A stretch of DNA of 32,000 nucleotides. Origin: Erysipelotrichaceae bacterium (GTDB taxonomy: Bacteria > Bacillota_I > Bacilli_A > Erysipelotrichales > Erysipelotrichaceae). The position numbers and the translations under genes were made by a program. Positions 1 to 9,447 of the stretch are shown one piece after another (the first letter of the stretch is position 1; every line of letters starts with the position of its first letter). The stretch spans positions 120,001-152,000 of the forward strand of contig JAUVVC010000002.1 of assembly GCA_030604855.1 (NCBI GenBank), written 5' to 3'. A model generated the notes under the pieces. The model was given only the letters and a program-made list of their open reading frames with translations. It was not told the DNA's origin and ran no database searches.

Positions 1-416
1 GCTCAAAACCTGTCATCGCAACCCACAGCAATACCCGTCAATTGAGCAATGTGGATCGTAATCTAACAGACCAACAGATCAAAGCTTTGATTCAAAAAGG
101 AGGTTTGATCGGTTTGGTTGCGGCACGTTGGTTTGTCAGTAAGGATGAATCGATTCAAACGGCGCATCAATTGGCTTTGCATGCGGCTCACATCAAAGAT
201 TTGGGTGGTATGGATCATCTTGCCATCGGCTTTGATTATATGGATTTCCTAGAAGGTAACTTTGGGCGCGCATCCATGGCGTCCGATCTTCAAGACGCAT
301 CACAATCGCAGAACTTGATTCAGGCTTTGAGAAATGTCGGATTCAGTGAGGAAGAAATAAAAAAAGTCGCCTGGGGCAACGTGGAGTCATTCTTAGATAA
401 ACATTTGAGTGCTTAA
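1..416 (+). CDS. membrane dipeptidase (peptidase M19 family), C-terminal part; the 5' end lies outside the window
   Basis: The frame of track ORF 42..416 stays open back to nt 3 (SKPVIATHSNTRQLSNVDRNLTDQQIKALIQKGGLIGL...). The THSN...RNLTD...GG.IG and DHLAIGFDY motifs are typical of M19 dipeptidases. Stop TAA at 414-416. Confidence 0.75.
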   Translation, partial: SKPVIATHSNTRQLSNVDRNLTDQQIKALIQKGGLIGLVAARWFVSKDESIQTAHQLALHAAHIKDLGGMDHLAIGFDYMDFLEGNFGRASMASDLQDASQSQNLIQALRNVGFSEEEIKKVAWGNVESFLDKHLSA

Positions 417-508
417 GCACGGTTACCCATATTCTACCATAAAAGACATTGAGCAAAAAGACTCCTTCTTTATTAAAAAGATCGTATAATAAGTGTAAGG
501 AGGAAGTG

Positions 509-1051
509 ATGATGAAACTTCATATCCATGGAAAGAATGTGACGATTACCGAAGCAATGCTTCAAACCACACAGAAGAAACTCTCGTTTCTCGAGAAGTA
601 CTTCTTGATCGATGAGGACACACCTGCAAATGTCTCCGTAAAGGTGTATCCGAATAGTTTGAAGGTTGAGGTGACGATTTTAAGTAAAATTGCCATCTTG
701 AGAGCAGAGGTGTCACACGAAGATTATTATGCGGCGATCGATCTTGCGATTGATAAACTTGAAGATCAGATCCGTCGTCAAAAAACGCGTCTCTCGCGTA
801 AGCATCGCGAGAAATTATCGAAGGCGTTCATTGAACAAATCGATAAGACCGATGAGGTGAAACCGATTGGGGTTGTGAAGACGAAGACAATCAGTGCGGA
901 GGTCATGAGTTTGGATGATGCGATCATGCGCATGGAAATGTTGGGTCACTCTTTCTTCATTTATACGGATGAAGAGGAACACCAGATGGCGGTTGTCTAC
1001 AAACGTTTGGATGGCGGCTATGGTTTATTGGAGACAAGTCCAGCAAAATAA
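509..1051 (+). CDS. hpf: ribosome hibernation promoting factor, long form (HPF/YvyD)
   Basis: AAGGAGG at 497-503 precedes ATG 509 (or 512). The N-terminus MKLHIHGKNVTITEAM... is an S30AE-type domain. The C-terminus (VVKTKTISAEVMSLDDAIMRMEMLGHSFFIY...YKRLDGGYGLLE) is the long-HPF dimerisation domain. The track start at 449 has no RBS. Confidence 0.92.
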   Translation: MMKLHIHGKNVTITEAMLQTTQKKLSFLEKYFLIDEDTPANVSVKVYPNSLKVEVTILSKIAILRAEVSHEDYYAAIDLAIDKLEDQIRRQKTRLSRKHREKLSKAFIEQIDKTDEVKPIGVVKTKTISAEVMSLDDAIMRMEMLGHSFFIYTDEEEHQMAVVYKRLDGGYGLLETSPAK

Positions 1052-1070
1052 AGTCAAGGATGGGAAACCA
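1047..1070 (+). terminator. intrinsic terminator after hpf
   Basis: Hairpin aggatgg-gaaa-ccatcct followed by a T-run (1064-1070). It overlaps the hpf stop codon. Confidence 0.8.
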
Positions 1071-1090
1071 TCCTTTTTTTGTGTCATTAG

Positions 1091-1099
1091 TGCTATACT
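1091..1099 (+). promoter_or_regulatory. extended -10 promoter element (TGCTATACT) upstream of sepF
   Basis: TGnTATACT lies 23 nt upstream of the sepF ATG and just after the hpf terminator. No good -35. Confidence 0.45.
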
Positions 1100-1121
1100 A
1101 AAATGTGTTGGAGGAAATGAT

Positions 1122-1517
1122 ATGGGAATGCTTAATAAAGTAAAAAACTTTTTTAATCCAGTCGAGGAAGAACTTGAATTGGATGAACAGGAAGCCGCTC
1201 GTTTGAGCGACTATGAAGAACCAACGAACAAACAATTCTCTAAAGTCAGTATGGATACCAAGATGGTTTTATTTGAACCACGTACCTTTGATGAAGCGGA
1301 AGAAGTTGCGCGTCATCTCAAGGATCGTCGTGCAGCCGTCGTCAATCTACATCGTTTGAATCGTGAATATGCACAACGTACGATTGATTTTCTAACGGGT
1401 GTGGTCTTTGCGTTGGATGGTTCGATTCAAAAAATCGGACACAATGTCATCTTGTGTGCACCCAAGAGTGTGGGTGTCCATGGCAAGATTTCAATCGAGG
1501 GTGAAGAAGACAATTAG
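1122..1517 (+). CDS. sepF: cell division protein SepF
   Basis: GGAGGA RBS precedes ATG 1122. MGMLNKVKNFF...VLFEPRTFDEAEEVARHLKDRRAAVVNLHRL...IDFLTGVVFALDGSIQKIGHNVILCAP is a typical SepF (DUF552) core. Track ORF 915.. is an in-frame upstream extension that overlaps hpf. Confidence 0.92.
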   Translation: MGMLNKVKNFFNPVEEELELDEQEAARLSDYEEPTNKQFSKVSMDTKMVLFEPRTFDEAEEVARHLKDRRAAVVNLHRLNREYAQRTIDFLTGVVFALDGSIQKIGHNVILCAPKSVGVHGKISIEGEEDN

Positions 1518-1521
1518 TTGC

Positions 1522-1550
1522 TTGATTCAAAAAGTTGAATGTGACATAAT
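1522..1550 (+). promoter_or_regulatory. sigma-A type promoter TTGATT-17 nt-(TGa)CATAAT upstream of divIVA
   Basis: -35 TTGATT at 1522-1527, 17-nt spacer, TG at 1542-1543, -10 CATAAT at 1545-1550. It lies 30 nt upstream of ATG 1580. Confidence 0.5.
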
Positions 1551-1579
1551 AAGAACATCTTTGATAGGGGAAGGGTACA

Positions 1580-2071
1580 ATGGAGGCTAAGAAACCGAGA
1601 TTTCGGATCATGAAAAAAGGCTATGACCGATTTGCGGTGGATGATGCCCTCGAGCGTTTGACTTTTGATTTGGAGTCCAAGGAAAGTCAATTGCAAAGTT
1701 ACATCAAACAAACCGAGTACGCTCAGGAACAAGTTGACCAAATCAAAGAACGTTACCATAGCTTGCTTTCTGAACTCAGTGTTCGTGAGAAAGCAGCGGA
1801 TGATATCGCGCGTTTGGCTTTGAAAGAAGCGAACACGGTGATACAATCGGCACAGAAGAATGCGGATTCGATCGTGCAGGAAGCCTTATCGACAGCGAAG
1901 ATGATCTTGATTGAGATCGCACGCATCAGTCGTGAGGCGCAAGGTGTCAAAGCAGAGATGTTGGATAAGATCCAACGTTTGAGTGAATCGATTGAAGCTT
2001 TTGAAGTTCCGCGTATACCCGCAGTAAAATTGAGTCAAATTAAAGACAAAGAACAAGACGAGCCTGTTTAA
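1580..2071 (+). CDS. divIVA: DivIVA-domain cell division / polarity protein
   Basis: The N-terminal F.I.KKGYDRFAVDDALERL matches the DivIVA lipid-binding N-domain pattern and is followed by a coiled-coil-like sequence. 163 aa. The sepF-divIVA-ileS order is conserved in Bacilli. Confidence 0.75.
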   Translation: MEAKKPRFRIMKKGYDRFAVDDALERLTFDLESKESQLQSYIKQTEYAQEQVDQIKERYHSLLSELSVREKAADDIARLALKEANTVIQSAQKNADSIVQEALSTAKMILIEIARISREAQGVKAEMLDKIQRLSESIEAFEVPRIPAVKLSQIKDKEQDEPV

Positions 2072-2073
2072 TA

Positions 2074-2250
2074 ACCAACAGTAGAGAGCTTCCGGAGGGT
2101 GAAAGGAAGACTGGATTGAATGAGGACATCACTTGGAAGTTGTATTCCGATCAAAAGGAATGACGGCGCACACCGTTATTGTGTTGAGTGCATCGCAAGA
2201 TGAACTAAGGTGGTACCACGTAAAGCGTCCTTAGAGGATGCTTTTTTATT
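2074..2250 (+). promoter_or_regulatory. T-box riboswitch leader (isoleucine specifier) of ileS
   Basis: AGAGAG box at 2083-2088. Distal-loop GGTGAAAG within cttcc..ggaag. Candidate specifier ATC at 2128-2130 followed by A. Conserved T-box sequence aactaaGGTGGTACCACG at 2203-2220. Terminator agcgtcct/aggatgct plus T-run at 2223-2250. Confidence 0.9.
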
Positions 2251-2260
2251 GGAGGGAAAG

Positions 2261-4957
2261 ATGGAATATAAAAATACACTATTGATGCCAAAAACAGACT
2301 TTGAAATGCGAGGGAATCTGACGCAGAAAGAACCTCGTTTTCAAGCACGCTGGGCTGAACTGAAGCTTTATGAAACAATGAAGGAAAAACATGCGGATAA
2401 GAAACCCTATGTCTTGCATGATGGGCCACCGTATGCGAATGGCAACATCCATATCGGCCATGCCTTAAACAAGATCCTCAAAGATATGGTGGTACGCAGC
2501 CATCACATGCTGGGTCATCAAAGTTTATTCATTCCAGGTTGGGACACACATGGACTGCCGATTGAAACGGCAATCTCCAAATTGGGCCACAATCGCAAGA
2601 CGATGACCACGGCAGAGTTCCGTGCGCTTTGTGATGATTACGCCAAACAACAGATCCAGACCCAGATGGCGGACATGAAAGCTTTGGGTACGATTGGAGA
2701 TTATGACCATTACTATGCGACGCTACAAAAAGAGTTCGAAGCCAATCAGATCGAAGTCTTTGCGAAGATGGCTTTGGATGGATTGATCTATAAAGGCTTG
2801 AAGCCTGTTTATTGGAGTCCTTCCAGTGAAAGTGCTTTGGCGGAAGCTGAGATTGAATACCATGATAAAAAAGATACGACTTTGTATGTGCCCTTTGAAG
2901 TCGTGGAAGGAAAGGGTTTAGTAGAAAAGGGTGATCAATTTGTCATCTGGACCACCACTCCTTGGACCTTGCCAGCCAACCTTGCGATCTGTTTGAATCC
3001 AGCTTTGACCTATGTGAAAGTCAAGACGGAAAAGGGCAATCTGATATTTGCGAAAGCATTGATGTCCGTATTGCTTGCGAAGTTCAAACTTGAGACGACA
3101 GAAGTTCTTTCTGAATTCAAAGGTTCTGAATGTGAATACATCAAAACCAAGCATCCCTTTTATGATCGGACATCGCTTGTCATCTTAGGCGACCATGTCA
3201 CGGATGAAGATGGGACAGGTTGTGTGCATACGGCACCAGGACATGGGGTTGAAGACTTCAATGTCGGTCGTTTATACCACTTGGATGCGTTCTGTCCAGT
3301 CGATGACAAAGGCTGCATGACCGCTGAAGCGGGTGATTTCCTTGTTGGTCAATTCGTGGAAGATGCGAACAAAACCATCATCACGAAGTTGAGTGAAGTC
3401 AATGCCTTATTGGCGATTGAAAGCATCGTGCATCCCTACCCACATGATTGGCGGACCAAGAAACCGGTCATCTATCGTGCAACGGACCAATGGTTCGCAT
3501 CCATCGAGAAGATTCGTTCCAAACTCTTGCATGAAATCAATCAAGTCAAATGGTTACCGGAATGGGGCCAATTGCGTATGCACAACATGATCAAGGATCG
3601 TGGTGATTGGTGCATCTCACGTCAACGTGCCTGGGGCGTCCCGATTCCGATCTTCTATACCGAAGCCAACACGGCGATCATGGATAAGGCTGTATTCCAA
3701 CATGTGGCGAATCTTTTCAGAGCGCATGGTTCAAACATCTGGTTTGAATGGGACGTGAAGGCATTGCTTCCAGAAGGTTTTGCACATGCGGATAGTCCTG
3801 AAGGACATTTCCGCAAAGAAACCGACATCATGGATGTTTGGTTTGATTCTGGTTCTTCACATACCGGAGTCATCAAAGAACGGGGTGGGAATCTTCCTGT
3901 TGACCTTTATCTTGAAGGTTCCGACCAATATCGGGGTTGGTTCAACAGTTCATTGATCATTTCGACCGCAGTACATGGTCATTCTCCATATCGCAATGTG
4001 GTCTCGCATGGCTTTGTCTTGGATGGCAAGGGTGAGAAGATGAGCAAGTCCATGGGGAATACCGTTGAACCCAATAAAGTCGTCAAACAATCCGGGGCGG
4101 ACATCTTGCGTCTGTGGGCAAGTTCAATTGATTATCAGTCGGATGTGCGTATCTCAGATGAGCTTTTGAAACAAGTCATCGAGAACTATAAGAAGATGCG
4201 GAACACTTTCCGTTTCATTCTTGGAAACATCCATGATTTTACAGAAAATGATAAAGTTGCACTCAAAGATCTGCCTGAGGTGGATAGTTATATTTTGGAT
4301 GAATTGAATCGCATCATCAAACTCAGTTTGAATGCCTATCGTAATTTTGACTATAAGACGATGGTGAGTGCGATCAGTAATTTCATGACCAATGAAATGT
4401 CGGCGTATTACTTGGATTTCACGAAAGACATCTTGTACATTGAAAAAGCCAAGGGTTTGCGTCGTCGTGAGGTTCAAACCGTTCTATACACAGTCATCGA
4501 TGCCTTGCATCGCTTGTTGGCACCGGTTTTGGCTCACACAATGGAAGAAGTCCATGATTATCTTGTGCCGGGTTCAACTTCGGTTCACACATTGACCTTC
4601 CCTGAAGTCATGGAAATCAATGCAGTCGATCAAGCAGCTTGGGCACAGCTCTTTGCCTTGCGATCGGAGATCTTCAAAGCTTTGGAAGAAGCACGTGCTG
4701 AAAAAATCATCGGGAAGAGCTTGGAAGCCAAGCTTGTTATATCCCTCAAGCCTGAACTTAAGACTTTGGTTGAGACGTATCTACCGAAATTCGCCCAGTG
4801 GTTGATTGTATCGCAAGTCGAAGTGCTTGCGTCCGAAAAGACTCATATTCAAGTGTTGGTTGCGGAAGGCATCACGTGTCCTCGCTGTTGGAATGTGACT
4901 CACAGTCATGCGGAAGATGGTTTGTGTGAACGTTGTGCAGCGGTCATCGCGGAATAA
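2261..4957 (+). CDS. ileS: isoleucine--tRNA ligase
   Basis: GGAGGGA RBS precedes ATG 2261. HIGH motif (NGNIHIGHALNK), KMSKS motif (GEKMSKSMGN), and a C-terminal Zn ribbon (CPRCWN...CERC). Track start 2210 lies inside the T-box terminator. Confidence 0.97.
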   Translation: MEYKNTLLMPKTDFEMRGNLTQKEPRFQARWAELKLYETMKEKHADKKPYVLHDGPPYANGNIHIGHALNKILKDMVVRSHHMLGHQSLFIPGWDTHGLPIETAISKLGHNRKTMTTAEFRALCDDYAKQQIQTQMADMKALGTIGDYDHYYATLQKEFEANQIEVFAKMALDGLIYKGLKPVYWSPSSESALAEAEIEYHDKKDTTLYVPFEVVEGKGLVEKGDQFVIWTTTPWTLPANLAICLNPALTYVKVKTEKGNLIFAKALMSVLLAKFKLETTEVLSEFKGSECEYIKTKHPFYDRTSLVILGDHVTDEDGTGCVHTAPGHGVEDFNVGRLYHLDAFCPVDDKGCMTAEAGDFLVGQFVEDANKTIITKLSEVNALLAIESIVHPYPHDWRTKKPVIYRATDQWFASIEKIRSKLLHEINQVKWLPEWGQLRMHNMIKDRGDWCISRQRAWGVPIPIFYTEANTAIMDKAVFQHVANLFRAHGSNIWFEWDVKALLPEGFAHADSPEGHFRKETDIMDVWFDSGSSHTGVIKERGGNLPVDLYLEGSDQYRGWFNSSLIISTAVHGHSPYRNVVSHGFVLDGKGEKMSKSMGNTVEPNKVVKQSGADILRLWASSIDYQSDVRISDELLKQVIENYKKMRNTFRFILGNIHDFTENDKVALKDLPEVDSYILDELNRIIKLSLNAYRNFDYKTMVSAISNFMTNEMSAYYLDFTKDILYIEKAKGLRRREVQTVLYTVIDALHRLLAPVLAHTMEEVHDYLVPGSTSVHTLTFPEVMEINAVDQAAWAQLFALRSEIFKALEEARAEKIIGKSLEAKLVISLKPELKTLVETYLPKFAQWLIVSQVEVLASEKTHIQVLVAEGITCPRCWNVTHSHAEDGLCERCAAVIAE

Positions 4958-4980
4958 AGTGCTCAAATGAGCACTTTTTT
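4958..4980 (+). terminator. intrinsic terminator after ileS
   Basis: 7-bp hairpin agtgctc-aaat-gagcact followed by T6. Confidence 0.85.
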
Positions 4981-4988
4981 GTTATACT
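4980..4988 (+). promoter_or_regulatory. extended -10 element TGTTATACT, 6 nt upstream of the methyltransferase ATG
   Basis: TG at 4980-4981, TATACT at 4983-4988, spacer tacgct, ATG at 4995. No SD sequence. Confidence 0.45.
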
Positions 4989-4994
4989 TACGCT

Positions 4995-5714
4995 ATGATC
5001 ATACAGTCGAAACACAACGAGAAATACAAGGCTTGGATGAAGTTGAAACAAGCGAAAGGTCGTAAGACTACGGGACTCTTCATCGTGGAAGGGGCGCATT
5101 TGGTGGAAGAGGCTCTAAGCGCTCAATGGGCGATGGTCCTGCTGTTTAAAGAAGGTTTTGAGTATCCAAGCCCACTTGAACATTACAGCTTGTCAGAGGA
5201 CTTATTTGATGCCTTATGCACAACGGTCTCAAAGGACACGATCCTTGCGATCTGTAAGATGCATATCGTGGAAGCAGCTGGCAATCACATCTTGATCTGT
5301 GATGATATTCAAGATCCCGGAAACATGGGGACGATGCTGAGAACCGCATATTCATTTGGATTCAACCACGTGTATTGTTCAAAGAACTGTGTTGATGTCT
5401 TCAACGAAAAAGTTGTGCGTGCAAGTCAGGGTGCGCTTTTTTATCTGGATATCCAACCGGATTTTGATACCGAGGTTTTACAGGATTTGAAAAATGAAGG
5501 TTATGCCATCTATGCGACGGGTTTTGAGAATTCCATTGGGATGCATGAAATTGATAAGAGGGATAAACTTGCGATCATCTTAGGTAATGAAGGCCAAGGC
5601 GTGCGTAAAGAATGGTTGGATCTCAGTGATGCGATTCTTCGCATCGAGACCACGGCATTCAATAGTCTGAATGTGGGGATTGCGACCGGCATTCTTTTAC
5701 ATCATTTTCGATGA
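4995..5714 (+). CDS. TrmH/SpoU-family RNA 2'-O-methyltransferase (YsgA-like)
   Basis: LFIVEGAHLVEEAL N-domain. SpoU motifs ILGNEGQGV and SLNVGIATGILLH. It sits immediately upstream of pheST, as ysgA does in B. subtilis. Confidence 0.88.
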   Translation: MIIQSKHNEKYKAWMKLKQAKGRKTTGLFIVEGAHLVEEALSAQWAMVLLFKEGFEYPSPLEHYSLSEDLFDALCTTVSKDTILAICKMHIVEAAGNHILICDDIQDPGNMGTMLRTAYSFGFNHVYCSKNCVDVFNEKVVRASQGALFYLDIQPDFDTEVLQDLKNEGYAIYATGFENSIGMHEIDKRDKLAIILGNEGQGVRKEWLDLSDAILRIETTAFNSLNVGIATGILLHHFR

Positions 5715-5759
5715 GTCAGACAACTACGTAAAGTCGTAAGGATGTCGAGATGAAAAAAT

Positions 5760-5787
5760 TTGATATTTCGATGTGATTTGATATAAT
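5760..5787 (+). promoter_or_regulatory. promoter TTGATA-16 nt-(TGa)TATAAT for the pheST leader
   Basis: -35 at 5760-5765, TG at 5779-5780, -10 TATAAT at 5782-5787. Confidence 0.65.
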
Positions 5788-5794
5788 ACAAAGG

Positions 5795-5988
5795 TAAATC
5801 AATGCAGGGATTCAGTAACAGGACCCTTAGAGAGAACATGCATGGCTGAAACATGTTCAAACCTGTGAATTTCACCCCTAAGAGGAGTTAACCACTCACG
5901 GTCCCCCGTTATCGGATAAAAGCTGTGTCGAAGGACAAAGCAGGATGGTACCGCGATTTTCGTTCCTGTAGGGACGTTTTTTTTATTT
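5795..5988 (+). promoter_or_regulatory. T-box riboswitch leader (phenylalanine specifier) of pheST
   Basis: AGAGAG at 5830-5835. Candidate specifier TTC at 5871-5873 followed by A. T-box sequence aaagcaGGATGGTACCGCG at 5938-5955. Terminator cgttcc-tgta-gggacg plus T8 at 5961-5984. Confidence 0.9.
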
Positions 5989-5998
5989 AAGGAGCACT

Positions 5999-7024
5999 AT
6001 GGAAAATGTATTGAATGAAGGTTTATTGGCCATTGAGGTTTGTCAAAATCTGACAGACTTGCAAAATGTACGCAATGCGTATCTGTCTAAGAAAGGTCTT
6101 GTGCAACAGTTGATGGGCAAGATGAAGGATCTGTCTGCAGAGGATAAGCCTGCGTATGGGGCTCAGGTTAATCAGATCAAGCAAAGTTTGGAGTCTGCTT
6201 TTAAGTTGAAAGAAGAAGCACTTCAAGAAGCAGCTTTTGATGTGCAACTGCAAAAAGGTAGAATCGATTTAAGTCTACCATCGGCCATGCCTTTGGTTGG
6301 GACTTTGCATCCATTGACGATCGTTCAAAGCGAAATCGAACAATTCTTCATGGGCATGGGATATTTGGTCAAAGAAGGACCGGAAGTCGAACTCGATTAT
6401 TACAATTTTGAGCGAGCCAACATCCCTCAGGACCATCCGGCACGGGACATGCAGGATACCTTCTACATCAATGCGGAATGGTTGCTTAGAACGCATACGA
6501 CCGCGATTCAAACACGGACCTTAGAAGCGTATAAAGGGGAAATCCCGGTCAAGGTCATCTGCCCTGGAAAAGTGTTCCGTAAGGATGATGATGATGCGAC
6601 ACACAGTCATCAGTTCGTTCAAATCGAAGGTCTGGTTGTTGGGATCAAGATTTCTTTGGCGGATCTCAAGGGTACTTTGGAGCTCTTGGCAAAACATCTC
6701 TTCGGGGAGAGTCGCGTCATTCGTTTCAGACCTTCCTACTTCCAGTTCACCGAACCCAGCGTTGAGGTGGACGTCTCTTGTCACATCTGTAATGGTAAGG
6801 GTTGTTCGACCTGTAAACAATCCGGTTGGATTGAAATCTTAGGTGCTGGCATGGTTCATCCGAATGTCTTGCGTATGGCAGGCTTCGATCCTGAGAAGGT
6901 CAGTGGTTTCGCGTTTGGTCTAGGGGTCGAACGTGTGGCCTTATTGAAGTATGGTATTGACGACATTCGTCATTTATATACGAACGATCTGCGGTTCTTA
7001 AGCAACTTCAGACGTTTCGAGTAG
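5999..7024 (+). CDS. pheS: phenylalanine--tRNA ligase alpha subunit
   Basis: AAGGAG RBS. Class II motifs (HPARDMQDTFY, FRKDDDDATHSHQFVQIEG, GAGMVHPNVL...GFAFGLGVERVA). Confidence 0.97.
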   Translation: MENVLNEGLLAIEVCQNLTDLQNVRNAYLSKKGLVQQLMGKMKDLSAEDKPAYGAQVNQIKQSLESAFKLKEEALQEAAFDVQLQKGRIDLSLPSAMPLVGTLHPLTIVQSEIEQFFMGMGYLVKEGPEVELDYYNFERANIPQDHPARDMQDTFYINAEWLLRTHTTAIQTRTLEAYKGEIPVKVICPGKVFRKDDDDATHSHQFVQIEGLVVGIKISLADLKGTLELLAKHLFGESRVIRFRPSYFQFTEPSVEVDVSCHICNGKGCSTCKQSGWIEILGAGMVHPNVLRMAGFDPEKVSGFAFGLGVERVALLKYGIDDIRHLYTNDLRFLSNFRRFE

Positions 7025-7032
7025 GAGAGCAC

Positions 7033-9420
7033 ATGAAAGTAAGCATGCAATGGTTGGGTCGTTATGTCGATTTGACGGACATCAAAGCAGAAACATTAGC
7101 GGATAAGCTCACGTTGGCAGGTTTGGAAGTGGAAGGGGTAGACCCCATCGCTCAAGGCTCGAATCTGGTCATTGGCGAAGTTGTTTTCTGTGAAGCGCAT
7201 CCACAATCCGATCATTTATCCATCACCAAAGTCAATGTCGGGGATGAGATCTTGGATATCGTTTGTGGTGCACCCAATGTGGCACTGGGGCAAAAAGTCA
7301 TCGTTGCCAAAGTAGGTGCGGTTTTACCTGAAATCACCATCAAGGCATCCAACATCAAAGGTCAAGCCAGCAATGGCATGATCTGTTCGCTGTTGGAATT
7401 GGGCGTCAATCCAAAAGCATTGAGTGATGATCAAAAGAATGGCATCGAAGTTTTGGATGCGAGCTTGGAAGTCGGCCAGGAAGCCCTTCATGCCTTGGGT
7501 TTGGATGATGTGATCTTGGACATCAAGCAAACACCCAACCGCAGTGATTTCAACGCCTTATGGTCGGTTGCGTATGAAGTGGGCGCGTTGCTTGATCGTG
7601 AAGTTAAATTGCCTTGGCAAAAAGACTTTGCTCAAAAGGGTTCAAAGAGTGATCTGGTGATCGCTTCAGAAACCGCGAAGTGTCCTTTGATCTATGGTAA
7701 GAAGATCGGACAGGTCTCCATCAAAGCCAGTCCGATATGGATGCGTCGTGATCTGGAAGCTGTTGGTATGAAATCCATCAATAATGTGGTGGATATCTCG
7801 AACTATGTCATGTTGGAGACAGGTCAACCCTTACATTTCTATGATGGAGCGAAGTTGCCTAAAATGGAGATCATCGTCAAAGACGGTTTAAATGAAAGCA
7901 TCACTACCTTGGATGGCTCCGACTTGCCTTTGGATGTCCAAGACATCGTCATCACATCAAACAATCAAGCAATTGGATTAGCGGGGATCATGGGGGGTGA
8001 GGACAGCAAGATCGATGAGCAGACCACAAGTCTTGTGATTGAAGCCGCTCAATTCTCACCGAGTCAGATCCGTCATACCTCGCGACGAGTGAACCTTCTC
8101 ACGGAAGCCAGCCAACGTTTTGTCAAAGGTCTGGATCCGCAAAGTATCATAAAAGCTTTGGACCGTGCAACGGAGCTGTTGGTTGAACATGCCGATGCAC
8201 AATTAATTGAAGAGACCGTTTGTTGTGGAGAAGTTTCTAAGGATTTGCTAAAGGTTAGCGTTCATCTTCAACACATCAATGATTTGTTGGGTACGAAAGT
8301 TAGTCTAGAGACAGCCATGGATATTTTCACACGGCTTCAGTTCACGCCTGTTGAAAAAGATTCTTGGATTGAATGCACGATTCCGAGCACACGTTTGGAT
8401 ATCTCAGTCGCGGAAGATTTGATTGAAGAAGTGGGACGTTTCATCGGTTATGCGGATCTGAAAGGATCATTACCGCTCATGCCGACAACGCAAGGTTCCT
8501 ATGATGCTCGCCAAGCGATGCGTCAACGTTTACGCCAACACTCCGTTGGTTTTGGCTTGAATGAAGTCATCACCTACAGTTTGGTTCATGAAGATAAAAC
8601 AAAAATGGGTGTTTATCCATTGGAGAACCCAGCCAGTCTTCTATCGCCTTTGAGTGAGGAGCGTCGTTTCATTCGCAACAACCTTTTAGCGAGCATGTTG
8701 GAGACCGTTGCCTACAATCAAGCACATAAAATCAAGGATTTTGGAATCTTTGAAGTATCGAATCTAAATACGATCGCAGTCAATCAGGAACGCTATGCTT
8801 TTGTGTTGAGTGGTCAAGTTGAACGTTCCATTTGGCAGAAACAGGTCTATCCCTATGATTACTATGCGGCGAAAGGCATCGTGGAACGTCTGCTTTCTGA
8901 ACTCGGTGTGAATTTGAGTCGGGTTCGCTTTGAAAACAATGAAGCTTCGACTTTCTTCCATCCCTTGCGCTCAGCCATCGTCAAGATCGACAATAAGATT
9001 TTTGGTGTGATCGGGGAGATCCATCCGAAGCTTGCGAAAGCACAGGATGTCAGCAATGTCGTTATGGGTGAGTTGATCATCGAACAACTCTTAAGCATGA
9101 AACTGGCGAAGGTGCGTTTCACACCGGTCAATAAGATGCCGGCAGTTGTCCGTGACATCGCTTTGGTCGTGGATGAGGCGATTCAAGTGAGTGAGATTGA
9201 AAAGGTGATCAAAGCTGTCTCCAAAGATCGTATTCAATCGGTTCAGATCTTTGATGTCTATCAAGGCGATAAAGTCGAAACAGGTAAAAAATCAATCGCA
9301 CTCAAGATCGTCTATCAAGCCAATGATCATACGCTTAGTGAAGAAGAAATCACGCAATTGTACACCAATACCATTGAAGCGTGTAAAAAAGGCTTGAATG
9401 CACAGTTGCGTATCGCTTAA
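7033..9420 (+). CDS. pheT: phenylalanine--tRNA ligase beta subunit
   Basis: AGGAG RBS. N-terminal tRNA-binding domain (HPQSDHLSITKVNVG), B3/4 and B5 regions, and a C-terminal FDX-ACB-like domain. It follows pheS by 8 nt. Confidence 0.97.
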   Translation: MKVSMQWLGRYVDLTDIKAETLADKLTLAGLEVEGVDPIAQGSNLVIGEVVFCEAHPQSDHLSITKVNVGDEILDIVCGAPNVALGQKVIVAKVGAVLPEITIKASNIKGQASNGMICSLLELGVNPKALSDDQKNGIEVLDASLEVGQEALHALGLDDVILDIKQTPNRSDFNALWSVAYEVGALLDREVKLPWQKDFAQKGSKSDLVIASETAKCPLIYGKKIGQVSIKASPIWMRRDLEAVGMKSINNVVDISNYVMLETGQPLHFYDGAKLPKMEIIVKDGLNESITTLDGSDLPLDVQDIVITSNNQAIGLAGIMGGEDSKIDEQTTSLVIEAAQFSPSQIRHTSRRVNLLTEASQRFVKGLDPQSIIKALDRATELLVEHADAQLIEETVCCGEVSKDLLKVSVHLQHINDLLGTKVSLETAMDIFTRLQFTPVEKDSWIECTIPSTRLDISVAEDLIEEVGRFIGYADLKGSLPLMPTTQGSYDARQAMRQRLRQHSVGFGLNEVITYSLVHEDKTKMGVYPLENPASLLSPLSEERRFIRNNLLASMLETVAYNQAHKIKDFGIFEVSNLNTIAVNQERYAFVLSGQVERSIWQKQVYPYDYYAAKGIVERLLSELGVNLSRVRFENNEASTFFHPLRSAIVKIDNKIFGVIGEIHPKLAKAQDVSNVVMGELIIEQLLSMKLAKVRFTPVNKMPAVVRDIALVVDEAIQVSEIEKVIKAVSKDRIQSVQIFDVYQGDKVETGKKSIALKIVYQANDHTLSEEEITQLYTNTIEACKKGLNAQLRIA

Positions 9421-9447
9421 AATAACAAAGTAACAAAGAGGTGTGAC

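Noticed and set aside
5715-5759. Imperfect hairpin (gaca..ctacg / cgta..tgtc) after the methyltransferase stop, considered as a terminator
   Set aside because: The stem is interrupted and short, and it is followed by an A-run rather than a T-run.
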